From Eledone cirrhosa (taxonomy: Eukaryota): DNA of 64,000 bases. The notes below the pieces were generated by a model. The model saw nothing but the letters and a program-made list of their open reading frames with translations, did no database searches and was not told where the DNA came from. Where the stretch lies: positions 26,598,001 through 26,662,000 of the forward strand of contig OZ024754.1 of NCBI GenBank assembly GCA_964016885.1, read 5' to 3'. Shown piece by piece: positions 52,880 to 63,664 of this stretch (position 1 is the stretch's first letter; each line of letters begins with the position of its first letter). A program made the translations under genes and the position numbers.

Positions 52880-53325
52880 CTATAATAATTTTGAGGCAGG
52901 CCAGCACGCTCGCAGCGTTACCTGGGGTGATGGCGACGCTGAGGTGATGGAATAACTAAGTGCACTCACGAGCATCACCAGTTACCTCTGTTTGGTGAGC
53001 CGCCAGTGAAGATAAGAATCTCGCTGTCAGTAGCTTGACTCCCCCAAACGTCTCGAACGCCACAAGCTGGATAATGTAGTTAGCTGACAGAACACAGTAT
53101 TTTAGGATTTTGTTCCGTTCAGCTCCGGATGCTGTAGCTCTCGCCCTTATCGCTGCATCCAGAATGTGGGAAGAATCAAAAGAGTTACAAACTGTGACGT
53201 CCCAGGTAAGGCACCTACCTCTTGACCAGGAGCACAGAGTAAGACCGTAAAGTATTTTCCCATCAATTCAGGACAACCCAGACGGTTCCAAAATTGAGGG
53301 GATATTTGCCCGGGCTAAAGCTCTT
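52880..53325 (-). mobile_element. CRE-clade non-LTR retrotransposon remnant (restriction-like endonuclease C-terminus)
   Basis: Manual translation (absent from the ORF track): LARANIPSILEPSGLS*IDGKILYGLTLCSWSRGRCLTWDVTV...AERNK...VAFETFG...LSVAITPGNAASV. This matches the CRE-type EP.GL...DGKRPDG...WD.T...ET.G...GNA pattern. Confidence 0.75.
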
Positions 53326-53534
53326 AAGTGGTAATAGGACAGTGTGTGTATGTGCGCGCGCGTGAGTTTGTCGGCGTTCTTAAATTAGAGACACGTGTGT
53401 GTGTCACTGTTTTTAAGTTAGACATATATATGTGTGTATCCCTTTCCTTCCTTTTACACACACATGCATTCACACAAACACACATACACATTGCGTGATG
53501 GACGGGTGGACAGAAATTCCTCAAATTTATATAC

Positions 53535-54150
53535 ATGTGAATGGAGTTCTATTGAAGCAGTTAGAGAGTTCAAGTAACTTGGAGCCGTGTTCATGAGTGA
53601 TGGCATGCAGGAGGCTGAATTAAGTGCAAGAATTTCAAAAGCTGATGCAGTAATGCACCAGCCTCAGCATTCAGCAATCAGAAGAAGGGGGTAGGTGTAA
53701 AAGCCAAACTCGCTGTCTTCCTGGTATTCCTGCTAACTCTTACTGATGATCGTGAATCTTGAGTAATGACCAAAAGAATATAATTGCAAATAAAAGCGGC
53801 AGAAATGGGATTCCTCCGAAGGGTCTTTGGAGTTACGTTACTCGATAAAGTGCATAGCTTAGAGACCAGAGAGTCCCTCCTGGTAGAGCCGCTACTTCTC
53901 CGAATTGAGAGATCGCAACTCCGATATTATGAGCATGTGGTTAGAATGTCTCAGTAAAGAATCGCTGGACACATTTTACAGGCAAAACCAACCGGCAAGA
54001 GTCCCAGAGGTAGATCCTGAGCAAGATAGTTGGATAACATCCATGAGGTTGGCTGGTCACGTTTTGGGATCCAACTGGATCAGTTAGAGATGGTTGCTAC
54101 TGACAGACTCGCTGGAAGGAGTGTTTGAGAAGGACACTGTTCCCAGGACC
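53535..54150 (+). mobile_element. Heavily decayed RTE-type LINE fragment
   Basis: Broken frames give VREFK.LG, KAKLAVF, ES*VMT, IKAAEMGFLRRVFGVTLLDK. Confidence 0.7.
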
Positions 54151-54214
54151 CTTGATTGAACGTTTGAAAGTATATACTTTCCTTATGCATATTAATCGAC
54201 TGACAGGAAGGTAT

Positions 54215-54257
54215 ACGGTGCTGATGACAGCTAATAAGCTAGAAACTAGTTCATCGT
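54215..54257 (+). ncRNA. Minimal type I hammerhead ribozyme
   Basis: acggtg-CTGATGA-c-[agct aata agct]-a-GAAA-ctag-TT-catcgt. 6-bp stem I (one G-U), palindromic stem III, GUU cleavage triplet. Confidence 0.75.
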
Positions 54258-54510
54258 TCCTTTGTCAGTGTTGAAGAAAATGGCAACGATGGTTGCCGAA
54301 CACTGTACGGCTAATAATTCGGGCTGCTTGTTTACAAACAAACCGAGCATTATAATAATTGTTCGGTAAACCCATACGTACATGTGTATATATGTGTGCA
54401 TGTATGTATGTATATACATACTACTGTACGTCTGTATACATATATGTATGTACGTATACATACTTATATTTATATGCATATATATTTGCGTATAATACCA
54501 ATATGCATAT

Positions 54511-54550
54511 ACTAGTAGAAAACCGCCCGTAAGGCGGTTTTTCTGCTATT
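54511..54550 (-). mobile_element. Isolated Helitron-like 3' terminus (hairpin + CTAG)
   Basis: actagtagaaaaccgcc cgtaa ggcggttttt; same motif as 55949-55985. Confidence 0.55.
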
Positions 54551-54593
54551 AATGATAATGCTTCTACTTTTTGCACAAGACCAGCAATTACCC

Positions 54594-54682
<89 letters not shown>

Positions 54683-54957
54683 AAGAGAGTTTCCCCCAAA
54701 ATCCACATGGTTAAGTCTTTAGAATATGAATTTAAAAACAGGGAATGCACAGAACAAAGACAAAAAACAAACAAACAAACAAAAAACAATGGAAATACGG
54801 ACAGTCCCATTTCCTCAGTCAACCTCTGGAAATCGCTACGGTTTCAGTTGTGAAGGTTGATACAATTCATTCCAGTGTGAATTGCGACATAACAAAACAG
54901 TCAGAGACAAAGACAGGACAAGTTATGCCTTTAGACGAATTACATAAATATAGATTA

Positions 54958-55948
54958 CTAGCAGTGGTACCCGGCGTTGCACGGGATAAGGTATTTTGGA
55001 ACGCGGGCCGCCAACAGACTTAATCGTGGAAAAACTGCATGCCTGGACAATATGTAAAGAAGATAAACCGAATACTCTGATGGCTGGATAATCTTTAAGA
55101 TTTTACTCGATGAAGCAGGAAAAATGCAGGTTTTCACCTAGAGAATCAAGAAAATAAATTTTTTTTATGTGCATAATATGAGTTGAAATTTCAGGAAAAT
55201 CGGCTAGACGTAACGCCTCCAAAAAGCCATACAATGATGAAAAAATGAAGTTTTTCACCTAATGCGGGCCCTAGGCCATAAAAAAGTTGCAACTGGACAA
55301 ACGTTTACCAAACTGTGGGTATAATTTAACAAATTTAAAGAGGAATGGTGCAATAAAATGGGCCCCGAGGCGTGCGCGCGTTCTCTGGCAGCCCTAAACG
55401 AAAGGGTTGCCATCAGCTATTTCAACGGCCCTTAAAAGGGCCGTGTAAGCCTTTCACTGACACCCCAGTAAGGAGGAGTAACCAACAACAATTTGAAGTG
55501 GTGGCCCTAAAAAGGGCCGTGTGAGCGTTCACTTGTAGCCCTTAATAGTAACTTTGACTGCGTTCTCTGACATTTGAACGAGGGTGTTACGGTTGCTTCC
55601 ACTGGTAGCCTTTAGAATGAATCAGTATGCGTTCGCGGTCCGTTTAACAGCCATACATTGACGCGCCGAGTGCGATGCAGACAGATAGATATTATAAGAG
55701 CGCGACGTTATATGTATGTATCTATCTAAAAAGAGAAAGACTAAGAATTATAGAGAGAGGTCGCCAAATCGCCTAATGCGGTCTCTAGGGCATTGAAAAT
55801 TTGGAACTTTTTTTGCTTAGAACACTCCCTGAAACATATGTGTTACGTGTGTAAAGTTTGAAAACAGTCGGTTGGGTGCTTCTCGAGTCTTAGGGATTCA
55901 AATTCACACACACACAGACAGACATCCTCAGTTTTATATATATAGAGA
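54958..55948 (-). mobile_element. Non-autonomous Helitron-like element (~1 kb)
   Basis: Minus strand starts TCTCTATATATATAAAA and ends cccgtgcaacgccggg-taccactg-CTAG|t. 3' end is shared with 24945-24972. No TIR or TSD. Confidence 0.8.
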
Positions 55949-56474
55949 CTAGTAGAAAACCACCCGGTGGGTGGTTTTCTACTGATATTGTTGAGATTTG
56001 GATGAGAAATGTTTTCGGCACCACATGTTCACCGTCTCTCGGTGTGTCTTTTATGCATGTAAAAATATATATGTTATCTATACGGTGAAATCTTTGAAAT
56101 AAATATATGTTCAAACGAAAAAGGAGAAAAAGAGATTAGTGACGGAAATATAAACGTTATGATACATAAACGTTATGATATAACGATGGAAATATATCTT
56201 CAAATGGTCCTTGGCATGGTGTCAAGTCAGAACCGCCTCGAACTGGTTACTTCTGGCTTGTGCAAGGTGTCTCTATAGCAACCAGCGATTCCCTCGGCCT
56301 TAGTGACCAAAGTCAGTGGAGAGGGGAAGGTAATGTTTCTATAGCGACAGTGTTTCTCTTGGTAGCACCAAAGTGGAGAAAGGAAGGGGAAGGTAATATT
56401 TCTGTAGCACCTACATTTGAGTTTTAGGGAAGGACAGACAGACAGACAAACAGAGAAATGCCCATATATTTCTC

Positions 56475-56480
<6 letters not shown>
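55949..56480 (-). mobile_element. Second Helitron-like element directly abutting the first (5' boundary approximate)
   Basis: 3' hairpin agtagaaaaccaccc/gggtggttttctact ending in CTAG. (gtct)n-type subterminal microsatellite near 56432-56455. Confidence 0.6.
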
Positions 56481-56539
<59 letters not shown>

Positions 56540-56565
56540 CACACACAGAAATGTATATATATTTC

Positions 56566-56620
<55 letters not shown>

Positions 56621-56822
56621 CACACACAGAAATGTATATATATTTCTGTGTGTATATATATATATATATTTATGTGTGTGTATATATATATATATTACAC
56701 ACACAGAAATATATATACATTTCTGTGTGTATATATATATATTACACACACAGAAATGTATATATATTTCTGTGTGTGTATATATATATATATTACACAC
56801 ACAGAAATGTATATATATTTCT
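56470..56822. repeat. Palindromic minisatellite (cacacacagaaat-gtatatat-atttctgtgtgtg separated by variable (TA)n), ~5 units
   Basis: Direct reading. Confidence 0.85.
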
Positions 56823-56939
56823 TAGAACAAAATTATTATTAATGTTTTGCTGTTCATAACAATTGGAATTGAAAAATTACTTTTGAAATTATTAGTTATT
56901 TTACTAATGCTTAGATATGTAAAAATGAAGCAATGTTTC

Positions 56940-57133
56940 TAATAATTGTTTCTACTTTTGGCACAAGGCCAGCAATTACCCAGTACATTACTGGTACTTT
57001 ATTTTATCGACCCTGTGAGGATGAAAGACAAAGTTAACCTCGGCGGTATTTGAACTCAGACCGTAAAGGGACGTAACTCCATGCTATGAAGCATGGTGTC
57101 CGACTCTCTACAGATTCTGCCAATCCACCGCCC
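56940..57133 (-). mobile_element. tRNA-derived SINE (family A), full length
   Basis: Minus strand gggcggtggattggcagaatc (A-box) ... gagttcaaatacc (B-box) ... gtagaaacaattatt. Confidence 0.87.
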
Positions 57134-57742
57134 TAATGTCTGTACGTAATGAGGGAGTGAGAAAGAAAGGCAGAGGTGGAGTGACGAAGTGTCTCTCTCC
57201 TCCTCCTCCTCCTCCATCTCCCCATTCGTCACAGCGATAGAGGGGAGGAATGTTAGTGTGTTACAAAGAGAAAGAGTGAGAGTGAGAGAAACAGACAGAC
57301 TAAAAGAGAGGGATAGCTGGAGACAGAGAGATAGCAACCACGCGCGCACGTGTTTCCACTGTCGGACAGACAGACAGAGAAATTGCTGGTTATATATTAT
57401 AAGGAGATATGTATGTATAAAGTAGTTGGGTCGATATGATGTTCAAAACTTTTCAATGCCGTGCCCCAGCATGGTCGCAGTCAAATGCCTGAAACCAGCA
57501 AAAGAATAATGTTATTCCTGTTTGTGTTTCTTATCTAATCATAGAGTATACAAGAATACCTAATCTCTTTCTCTTAGGTAGAAAGTTGATAATAATTCTG
57601 AAATACCTTGTCAATCACTCTGATCTTTTTCTTCTGTCTGACAAGATATTTCCTGTAAAAGCTAACTTGTATTGACATCTCACCCACAGCATCTTAACCT
57701 TTCTGTCATTCATAACTGTTTTGTTCTGTTCATTATCCACAC

Positions 57743-57820
<78 letters not shown>
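57743..57820. repeat. (TCTA)n microsatellite, 5' flank of the Tx1 element
   Basis: Direct reading. Confidence 0.95.
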
Positions 57821-58245
57821 AAGGAATCTAGCTGTCGTCTGTTCTACAGTGTGGATGTCATTCACTTCGCACAGAAGTTTTGTTCAAATTTATTGAGGAA
57901 ATTTTGTGAGTTCAAACTTAATTTTGATACAATTGTGTAGCTTGACCCTCCGTCTGAACTGTCAGGCGGTGGGTCAGCTCATCTTTACCCCTCCTAGAGG
58001 TGAAAAACCTGTTTTAAAAAATTTTGTGTAAAAAATTTCAATCGTCTAACAGAAATGTTAAACGCAGCGAACGAAAATAGTGGTGGGGGGACAGCGGTAA
58101 GAGTTGTAAGCTCGCACGCTTTAGTCCTCCCTTCCTTCCCAACTAACGTCATAGAGAAGGAAGGAAAAATGAAAATAAAAACGGACGAATCTGCGGAGGA
58201 AAAATTAAATGACGAAAACAACGAAAAAAAAAAAAATTTGAAAAA

Positions 58246-59934
58246 TTGCATGACAATACTAATAACACAAACAAAGACACAACAAACAAAAAAATAACAG
58301 TTGAAAATAACATCATATCAGAAAACAAAGCAGACGACAAGATTTCATTTGCACAGAAAACAAAGAAATCTTTGACTTATATAGCGGAAAACATTTCAGA
58401 TGTGGTACGAAGGATCACGGACGCAAAACAATACATAAGTGAAGGTGAGAATGGTATTTTATTGGTAAAAATGCCTCAAGAATTCACGAAAGACATTGAA
58501 AGCCGAACGGTCAAGTTTCGGACCATCAACAACAGTACAAAAAAACCTGAACAGCCTTCTCAAGCAGATATCAAAACAGTACTCGCAGAAGTACTGAATG
58601 AAACAACTTTCATAAGAAAAGACAGACTATATGGAAGCCTAGCAATTATCATGAAGAACGAATCGGCGGCAAAAAAATGTGCTTTGTCACCGATTCGTTC
58701 GAAAAATTTCACCTTTTATCCATCTTATATGGGAAAAAAAACTCAACGCATATGGCTGGATGCAATGATGCCAGATGTGGACTACTGCTGGCTCATAGCT
58801 GGCTTCATCGATCCAGTGAATGACAACGTGATTTCCATTGGGAAAACCACAGGCAATGCGTTCAGTGGAACAGGTATAGAGCTGGTAGTACAAATGAAGC
58901 CTGAACGCATCGCCCAAATACCCGACAGAATCCTATTAGAGGACCACGGGTATATAAACATTAGCGTGGAGGGGAGAAGGCCGTCCTGCCATATCTGTGC
59001 AGGCAGAGGGCACCTGAAGGCCGCTTGTCCCCAACTCAACAAAAAGAAAACCCTGCTACCAACACCAGCTCCACCACCACCACCACAACAGATAAACAAA
59101 CAACAAAACTCAGTCCCACCCAACCCGTCCCTCAGTAACACCACAACACCACCACAACACAAACAGTCACAACACATTACCCCAAAACAAAATACAGGCC
59201 CACCCAACCTCTCACTCAATAAAACAACACAACCACCGCAGACACAACACACAACACAGTCTAACATAGTGACATCCATCTCCCCCACAAAGAAAACCAA
59301 CACGGAAACATTACCAGCAAACATACCTCTTCCCTCCAACACTGAAGATAACCCAACGAATTCGGAGGAAGAAACGGAGTCCTTCAGACAGATTAAAAGG
59401 AAAAAAAGAAAACATGTGCAAAACACACAAGGACAAACAACCCCCACCCAAATCGCAACACAATCTAACAAAACAGAAAACACCCCTCCAGCAACAAACA
59501 AAACCAAACCTGCCCCTCCCCTCTTCGAAACACTCACACCATCGGAAAAAAAGACATTACACTATACTTACATCAACAGAAACAATAATAAATTAAATGA
59601 ACTCATATACAATAATCCTTCGGTACAAACCGAAGGTGTAAACTTTGTTTCATCAGAAAACCACCCACATTTAAAACTAATAAAAATCCCAATGAACCTC
59701 TACCAAAAACTAAAAAAGGATTTTAAGGAGGACGTAGGACCACCCTCTGTCAAACCCATAAACCGCGTCCTACTAAAAAGCTTTCCCCCTCCCCTTCCCC
59801 TCCCCAACACAACTCCAAACACCCCAACCCCACCACACACCGACGACCCCACACCACCACAAGACACCCCTTCACCCAACACCCCCGACCCCATGGAAGT
59901 CGTGCAACCCGAACCCCGAGAAGCGGAAAGGTAG
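58246..59934 (+). CDS. Tx1-like ORF1 (gag-like, CCHC zinc knuckle, Pro/Thr/Gln-rich tail); true start probably ATG 58055
   Basis: VEGRRPSCHICAGRGHLKAACP (CX2CX4HX4C). The track start is a TTG; the upstream ATG ORF overlaps across an A13 run. Confidence 0.85.
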   Translation: MHDNTNNTNKDTTNKKITVENNIISENKADDKISFAQKTKKSLTYIAENISDVVRRITDAKQYISEGENGILLVKMPQEFTKDIESRTVKFRTINNSTKKPEQPSQADIKTVLAEVLNETTFIRKDRLYGSLAIIMKNESAAKKCALSPIRSKNFTFYPSYMGKKTQRIWLDAMMPDVDYCWLIAGFIDPVNDNVISIGKTTGNAFSGTGIELVVQMKPERIAQIPDRILLEDHGYINISVEGRRPSCHICAGRGHLKAACPQLNKKKTLLPTPAPPPPPQQINKQQNSVPPNPSLSNTTTPPQHKQSQHITPKQNTGPPNLSLNKTTQPPQTQHTTQSNIVTSISPTKKTNTETLPANIPLPSNTEDNPTNSEEETESFRQIKRKKRKHVQNTQGQTTPTQIATQSNKTENTPPATNKTKPAPPLFETLTPSEKKTLHYTYINRNNNKLNELIYNNPSVQTEGVNFVSSENHPHLKLIKIPMNLYQKLKKDFKEDVGPPSVKPINRVLLKSFPPPLPLPNTTPNTPTPPHTDDPTPPQDTPSPNTPDPMEVVQPEPREAER

Positions 59935-59967
59935 GTCTCTACACTCTCCTTTGGCTCTGCCGCCCAC

Positions 59968-62900
59968 ATGGATGTGTTAAGAGTAGGATGTTTGAATGCA
60001 CGTGGCCTGGGCTCAACTTGGAAGCAAGCAAAGCTTCTAAATGACCTCAGGTCATGTAGTATAAATGTAATGGTTATCTGTGAGACTCGAATCAGCGTCA
60101 TGCGGCAGCTGGCCCCCACCTTCGATGACTTTGAGGTGCATGCATCTCTCTGTCAACCTGGAGGTGGGGGTGGGGTTGTCGTGCTGCTGCAAAAACACCT
60201 GGGTCTTGCCGTACAGGTTGTGCACTCGGACCCGGAGGGTCGTTTGTTGGTGCTAGACGTTGGCAGTAGTGAAAGTGCGGCCTTGAGACTGGTCGCCGTC
60301 TACTCCCCTTTCGGAGCTGAACGGCCCGACTTCTTCCAGCGTTTGGAGACTTTTCTGGGAACGTCGCGTTCCCTGCTTCTAGCGGGGGATTGGAATGACA
60401 TCCTAGATGCACGTTGGGACTATGCAGGAGCATGTCCTAATAGAGGGGGGTGTAACAGCCTCAAGGGGTTACTCGACCGTTTTAACTTGGTCGATAGATA
60501 TCGACTAGATTTTCCAACTGTGCCTACCTGGACTTGGAGAAACCACAGTGGTCAATCTAGATCGTACTTAGATAGATTCTTAGTTAGAAGTAAGGATAGG
60601 GACATATTAAGCTGTCCAGAAATGCGCACGGTTGGCTACACGGATCACAAATTAGTGACCTGCGTGGTCAATCTCGAGAAAACACATAGACAGGGTCCCG
60701 GTTACTGGAAACTTAATTTGTCTTTACCGGCAAAAGAGACTTACAGAAACCGGATTAGCAGATTAGTTAAGGAGAGGTTGACGGGTGCAATCGTCAACAA
60801 CCGATGGTGGGCATCTCTCAAAAGAGAGATTAGAACAGAATCAATAAGTTATAGCAAGATGTTAGCTGCCAATAGGAATAGAAACGAGAAAGAATTAACA
60901 GGTAAATTAGAAGAGGCAATCAAGAGCGAAGATGTGGCCAGAGTGCTGGCATCGAGGACGGCCTTGAACCAGTTTTTCGATGCAAAGCATGAAGGCTGCG
61001 TCATTCGAAGTAAAATACGTGCTCTAGGTAATGAGGGGGCCAAAGCCGTTGGATGGGCCCGCGTGACAGAAGCTAAAAGTGGAAATCGATCCACCATCCG
61101 GTCGTTGCAAGACGAAGATGGACGAGTGATCCGGGAGCCTAAGCAGATGTGCGAGGCCTTTCAAAAGCACTTTGCCCGATTGTTCGGGGGAGGCGAGGGT
61201 CCGGGCCGGGGCGTGGATTTCGGTCCATACCTCGACGGCCTGCCGCGTCTTTCGAGCAAAGAGGCAGAGTCCTGCGAGGGACCAATCTCGGCTGATGAGA
61301 TCGGAGATGCGCTGAGCCAATGCAGCAGACGCAAATCTCCAGGTCTCGATGGTATACCTTACGAACTTTATTTAGCAATGCCGGTCTTCTTCTCCGAACT
61401 CCTCGAAGCGGTCTACTGCAATTGGCAGCAGAACGGGAGAATTCCTTGTTCTGTAGCCAAGGGCGTAGTCACGCTGGTGAGGAAGGACGAGAACAAGGGG
61501 GATAGTATAAATAATTTTCGGCCCATAACCCTGCTAAACACAGAGTTAAAGATTTTGGCCAAGGTGTTAGCAAAGAGGTTGGCGCTTGTCGTGGGTGGCC
61601 TGGTGGGAGATGCGCAGACATGTGCTATCCCATCCAGGTCCATTCACGATAACCTCCACCTCATGCGATACATCATAGAGAGGGTTGGCAACAAACCCGG
61701 CTTCGGTGGGGCCCTGATCAACTTGGATCAGTCTAAGGCCTTCGATAGGGTCGACCATGGTTACCTGGATGCGGTGCTAGCGGCGGCTGGGTTCGGTCCT
61801 GTTTTCAGAGGCTGGATCACTGCCCTACATAGCAACCACATCTGTTCTAGGATCAAGGTGAACGGCTACCTTTCGAAGCCGTTCGAAATCACACGATCCA
61901 TTCGACAGGGGTGCCCTCTCTCCTCCCTTCTGTACGTATTGACTCTCGAGCCTTTACTGAGGAAGTTGGAGTTGTTGCAGGGTATCCCCCTGGAACCAGG
62001 ATTGAGCAAAGCGGTGTCGGCCTACGCCGATGACGTAACAGTAATGGTATCAACCGACTCGGAGATCGAGGCGATCGGTACCTTACTGGAGGAGTACGAA
62101 AGGTTGTCAGGAGCGAAACTGAACCGGGAAAAATCCATCGGGCTGCAACTCGGAACGTGGAGAGGCAAACCGATGCCTCCTGACGGTGTCGTCGGACACT
62201 GGACGGAGGGCCCGGTAAAGTTGCTTGGGGTCTGGTTTGGACCGGACCTCCAGGTGGAAAAGAACTGGAACGAGGTTACGAACAAGGTGTTTGCACTAAC
62301 CCAGAAATGGGCCAAGTGTAAGCTGTCCCTAAAAGGCCGGGCGGAGGTGGCGAACATTTACATAGCGTCCGTCACTTACTACCGCCTGACTGTCGTACCT
62401 TGCCCTAAGGAAACACTCACCACCATGGAACGCATGCTCTTCCAATTTCTTTGGAAGAAGCGTCCTCCTATGGTGAGAAGATCCATCTGCTGCCAACAAC
62501 CTTCGAAAGGAGGGCTGGGGATGCCGTGGTTGATGATGCGTAGGCACGCATTAAGGCTACGGCACCTACAGGTATTCCTCACTGGTCAACCGGTGTGGGC
62601 TCCGTTCGTGAAACGAGCCTTTCCGAGACTCGTCTCACTCACCGAGCTACAGTCCTGGGTCAAGCAAAGATCCGGAAAACTGGGAGACTGGCACACTGAG
62701 TGTGCTCAGGCGCTCAGGGCTCTCTGGCAAGCGGGCCGGGCCATCGGTGGAGAATCCACCTCATCATTCTATAGAGGGCTGGTGGCTAGCAGGGGCGATG
62801 ACACCCTTGGAGAGTCGCTGGACATGGAGGAAGACGAACTGGCCAGCCTGTTCGGTAGGACTTTCGGCCCAGGACCAATGGACAACTTCCAGAAGTCACT

Positions 62901-63405
62901 GGCCTGGCAGTGCTACCGAGGGGCTCTACCCGTTCGAGAGAGGCTCTACAGACACGGGCGCCCGGGCAGGGATCCCTCAAAAAAGATTTGCCCTAGATGC
63001 GTGCGTCACGAAGAAACCGTGGCGCACGCATTGGTGCAATGTCCTGGCGTGGCTGATCTGTGGGGCTACGCCGAACAACTGCTGTCGCGGGTGGCGCCGA
63101 TTAAATTGACCGCCGAGTCCGTGATGACAATCAAACCGCCTCCCCTCTTCACAAAGGAAGCAAAGGCGGTTTTTCTGTGCGTAATAGCCATGTTGAAAGA
63201 GGTTGTTTGGTGGACACGATTGAAAGGTCTGAGGTCAGGCAACTTCCTCTCTGGCCATAGTCTGGTCTACTTCTTCCGATATCACTTCGGAAGAAGGATA
63301 AGAATGGAGAGAGAGGTGCTTGGCCACAGGCAGTTTTATGAAAGGTGGGTGATAGTGGCAAGAATGGCTCGTGTAAATGGGCCTTCTCTGTATACCATCC
63401 TGTAG
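59968..63405 (+). CDS. Tx1-like ORF2: AP endonuclease + reverse transcriptase + C-terminal zinc-binding domain (1145 aa)
   Basis: LNARGL, ICET, GDWN, YLDRFL, TDHK (APE); GPGYWKLN, KSPGLDG, FRPITLLN, DQSKAFDRV, RQGCPLS, YADD (RT); CPRC..ETVAHALVQC. Uninterrupted. Confidence 0.95.
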   Translation: MDVLRVGCLNARGLGSTWKQAKLLNDLRSCSINVMVICETRISVMRQLAPTFDDFEVHASLCQPGGGGGVVVLLQKHLGLAVQVVHSDPEGRLLVLDVGSSESAALRLVAVYSPFGAERPDFFQRLETFLGTSRSLLLAGDWNDILDARWDYAGACPNRGGCNSLKGLLDRFNLVDRYRLDFPTVPTWTWRNHSGQSRSYLDRFLVRSKDRDILSCPEMRTVGYTDHKLVTCVVNLEKTHRQGPGYWKLNLSLPAKETYRNRISRLVKERLTGAIVNNRWWASLKREIRTESISYSKMLAANRNRNEKELTGKLEEAIKSEDVARVLASRTALNQFFDAKHEGCVIRSKIRALGNEGAKAVGWARVTEAKSGNRSTIRSLQDEDGRVIREPKQMCEAFQKHFARLFGGGEGPGRGVDFGPYLDGLPRLSSKEAESCEGPISADEIGDALSQCSRRKSPGLDGIPYELYLAMPVFFSELLEAVYCNWQQNGRIPCSVAKGVVTLVRKDENKGDSINNFRPITLLNTELKILAKVLAKRLALVVGGLVGDAQTCAIPSRSIHDNLHLMRYIIERVGNKPGFGGALINLDQSKAFDRVDHGYLDAVLAAAGFGPVFRGWITALHSNHICSRIKVNGYLSKPFEITRSIRQGCPLSSLLYVLTLEPLLRKLELLQGIPLEPGLSKAVSAYADDVTVMVSTDSEIEAIGTLLEEYERLSGAKLNREKSIGLQLGTWRGKPMPPDGVVGHWTEGPVKLLGVWFGPDLQVEKNWNEVTNKVFALTQKWAKCKLSLKGRAEVANIYIASVTYYRLTVVPCPKETLTTMERMLFQFLWKKRPPMVRRSICCQQPSKGGLGMPWLMMRRHALRLRHLQVFLTGQPVWAPFVKRAFPRLVSLTELQSWVKQRSGKLGDWHTECAQALRALWQAGRAIGGESTSSFYRGLVASRGDDTLGESLDMEEDELASLFGRTFGPGPMDNFQKSLAWQCYRGALPVRERLYRHGRPGRDPSKKICPRCVRHEETVAHALVQCPGVADLWGYAEQLLSRVAPIKLTAESVMTIKPPPLFTKEAKAVFLCVIAMLKEVVWWTRLKGLRSGNFLSGHSLVYFFRYHFGRRIRMEREVLGHRQFYERWVIVARMARVNGPSLYTIL

Positions 63406-63619
63406 GTAAAGAAGTAAAGGAGAGGGGAGCACCTTCTCCATGTGCTCCCCGGGCAAAGGATTGCACACTTTTTCGGGGGTGTGTGCAACCCCCATCACGT
63501 CCCCTCCCTTTTGAGGTTATTTTCGATTATTTCCATGTTACACCCTTTTTACTCGATTATATGTAAACTCCCCCTTTGTATTTGTCCCTTCTTTTTATGC
63601 CTTTATGGTAAATAAAGAA

Positions 63620-63620
<1 letters not shown>

Positions 63621-63664
<44 letters not shown>
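63621..63664. repeat. (TCTA)n microsatellite, 3' flank of the Tx1 element
   Basis: Direct reading. Confidence 0.95.

Larger units (their letters stand above)
57821..63620 (+). mobile_element. Full-length Tx1/L1-clade non-LTR retrotransposon (~5.8 kb)
   Basis: 5' UTR, ORF1, ORF2 and a 3' UTR with AATAAA at ~63611. (TCTA)n on both sides. Confidence 0.93.

Noticed and set aside
58782-63566. Antisense and alternate-frame ORFs over the Tx1 element
   Set aside because: Shadow ORFs of compositionally biased coding sequence, with no motifs.
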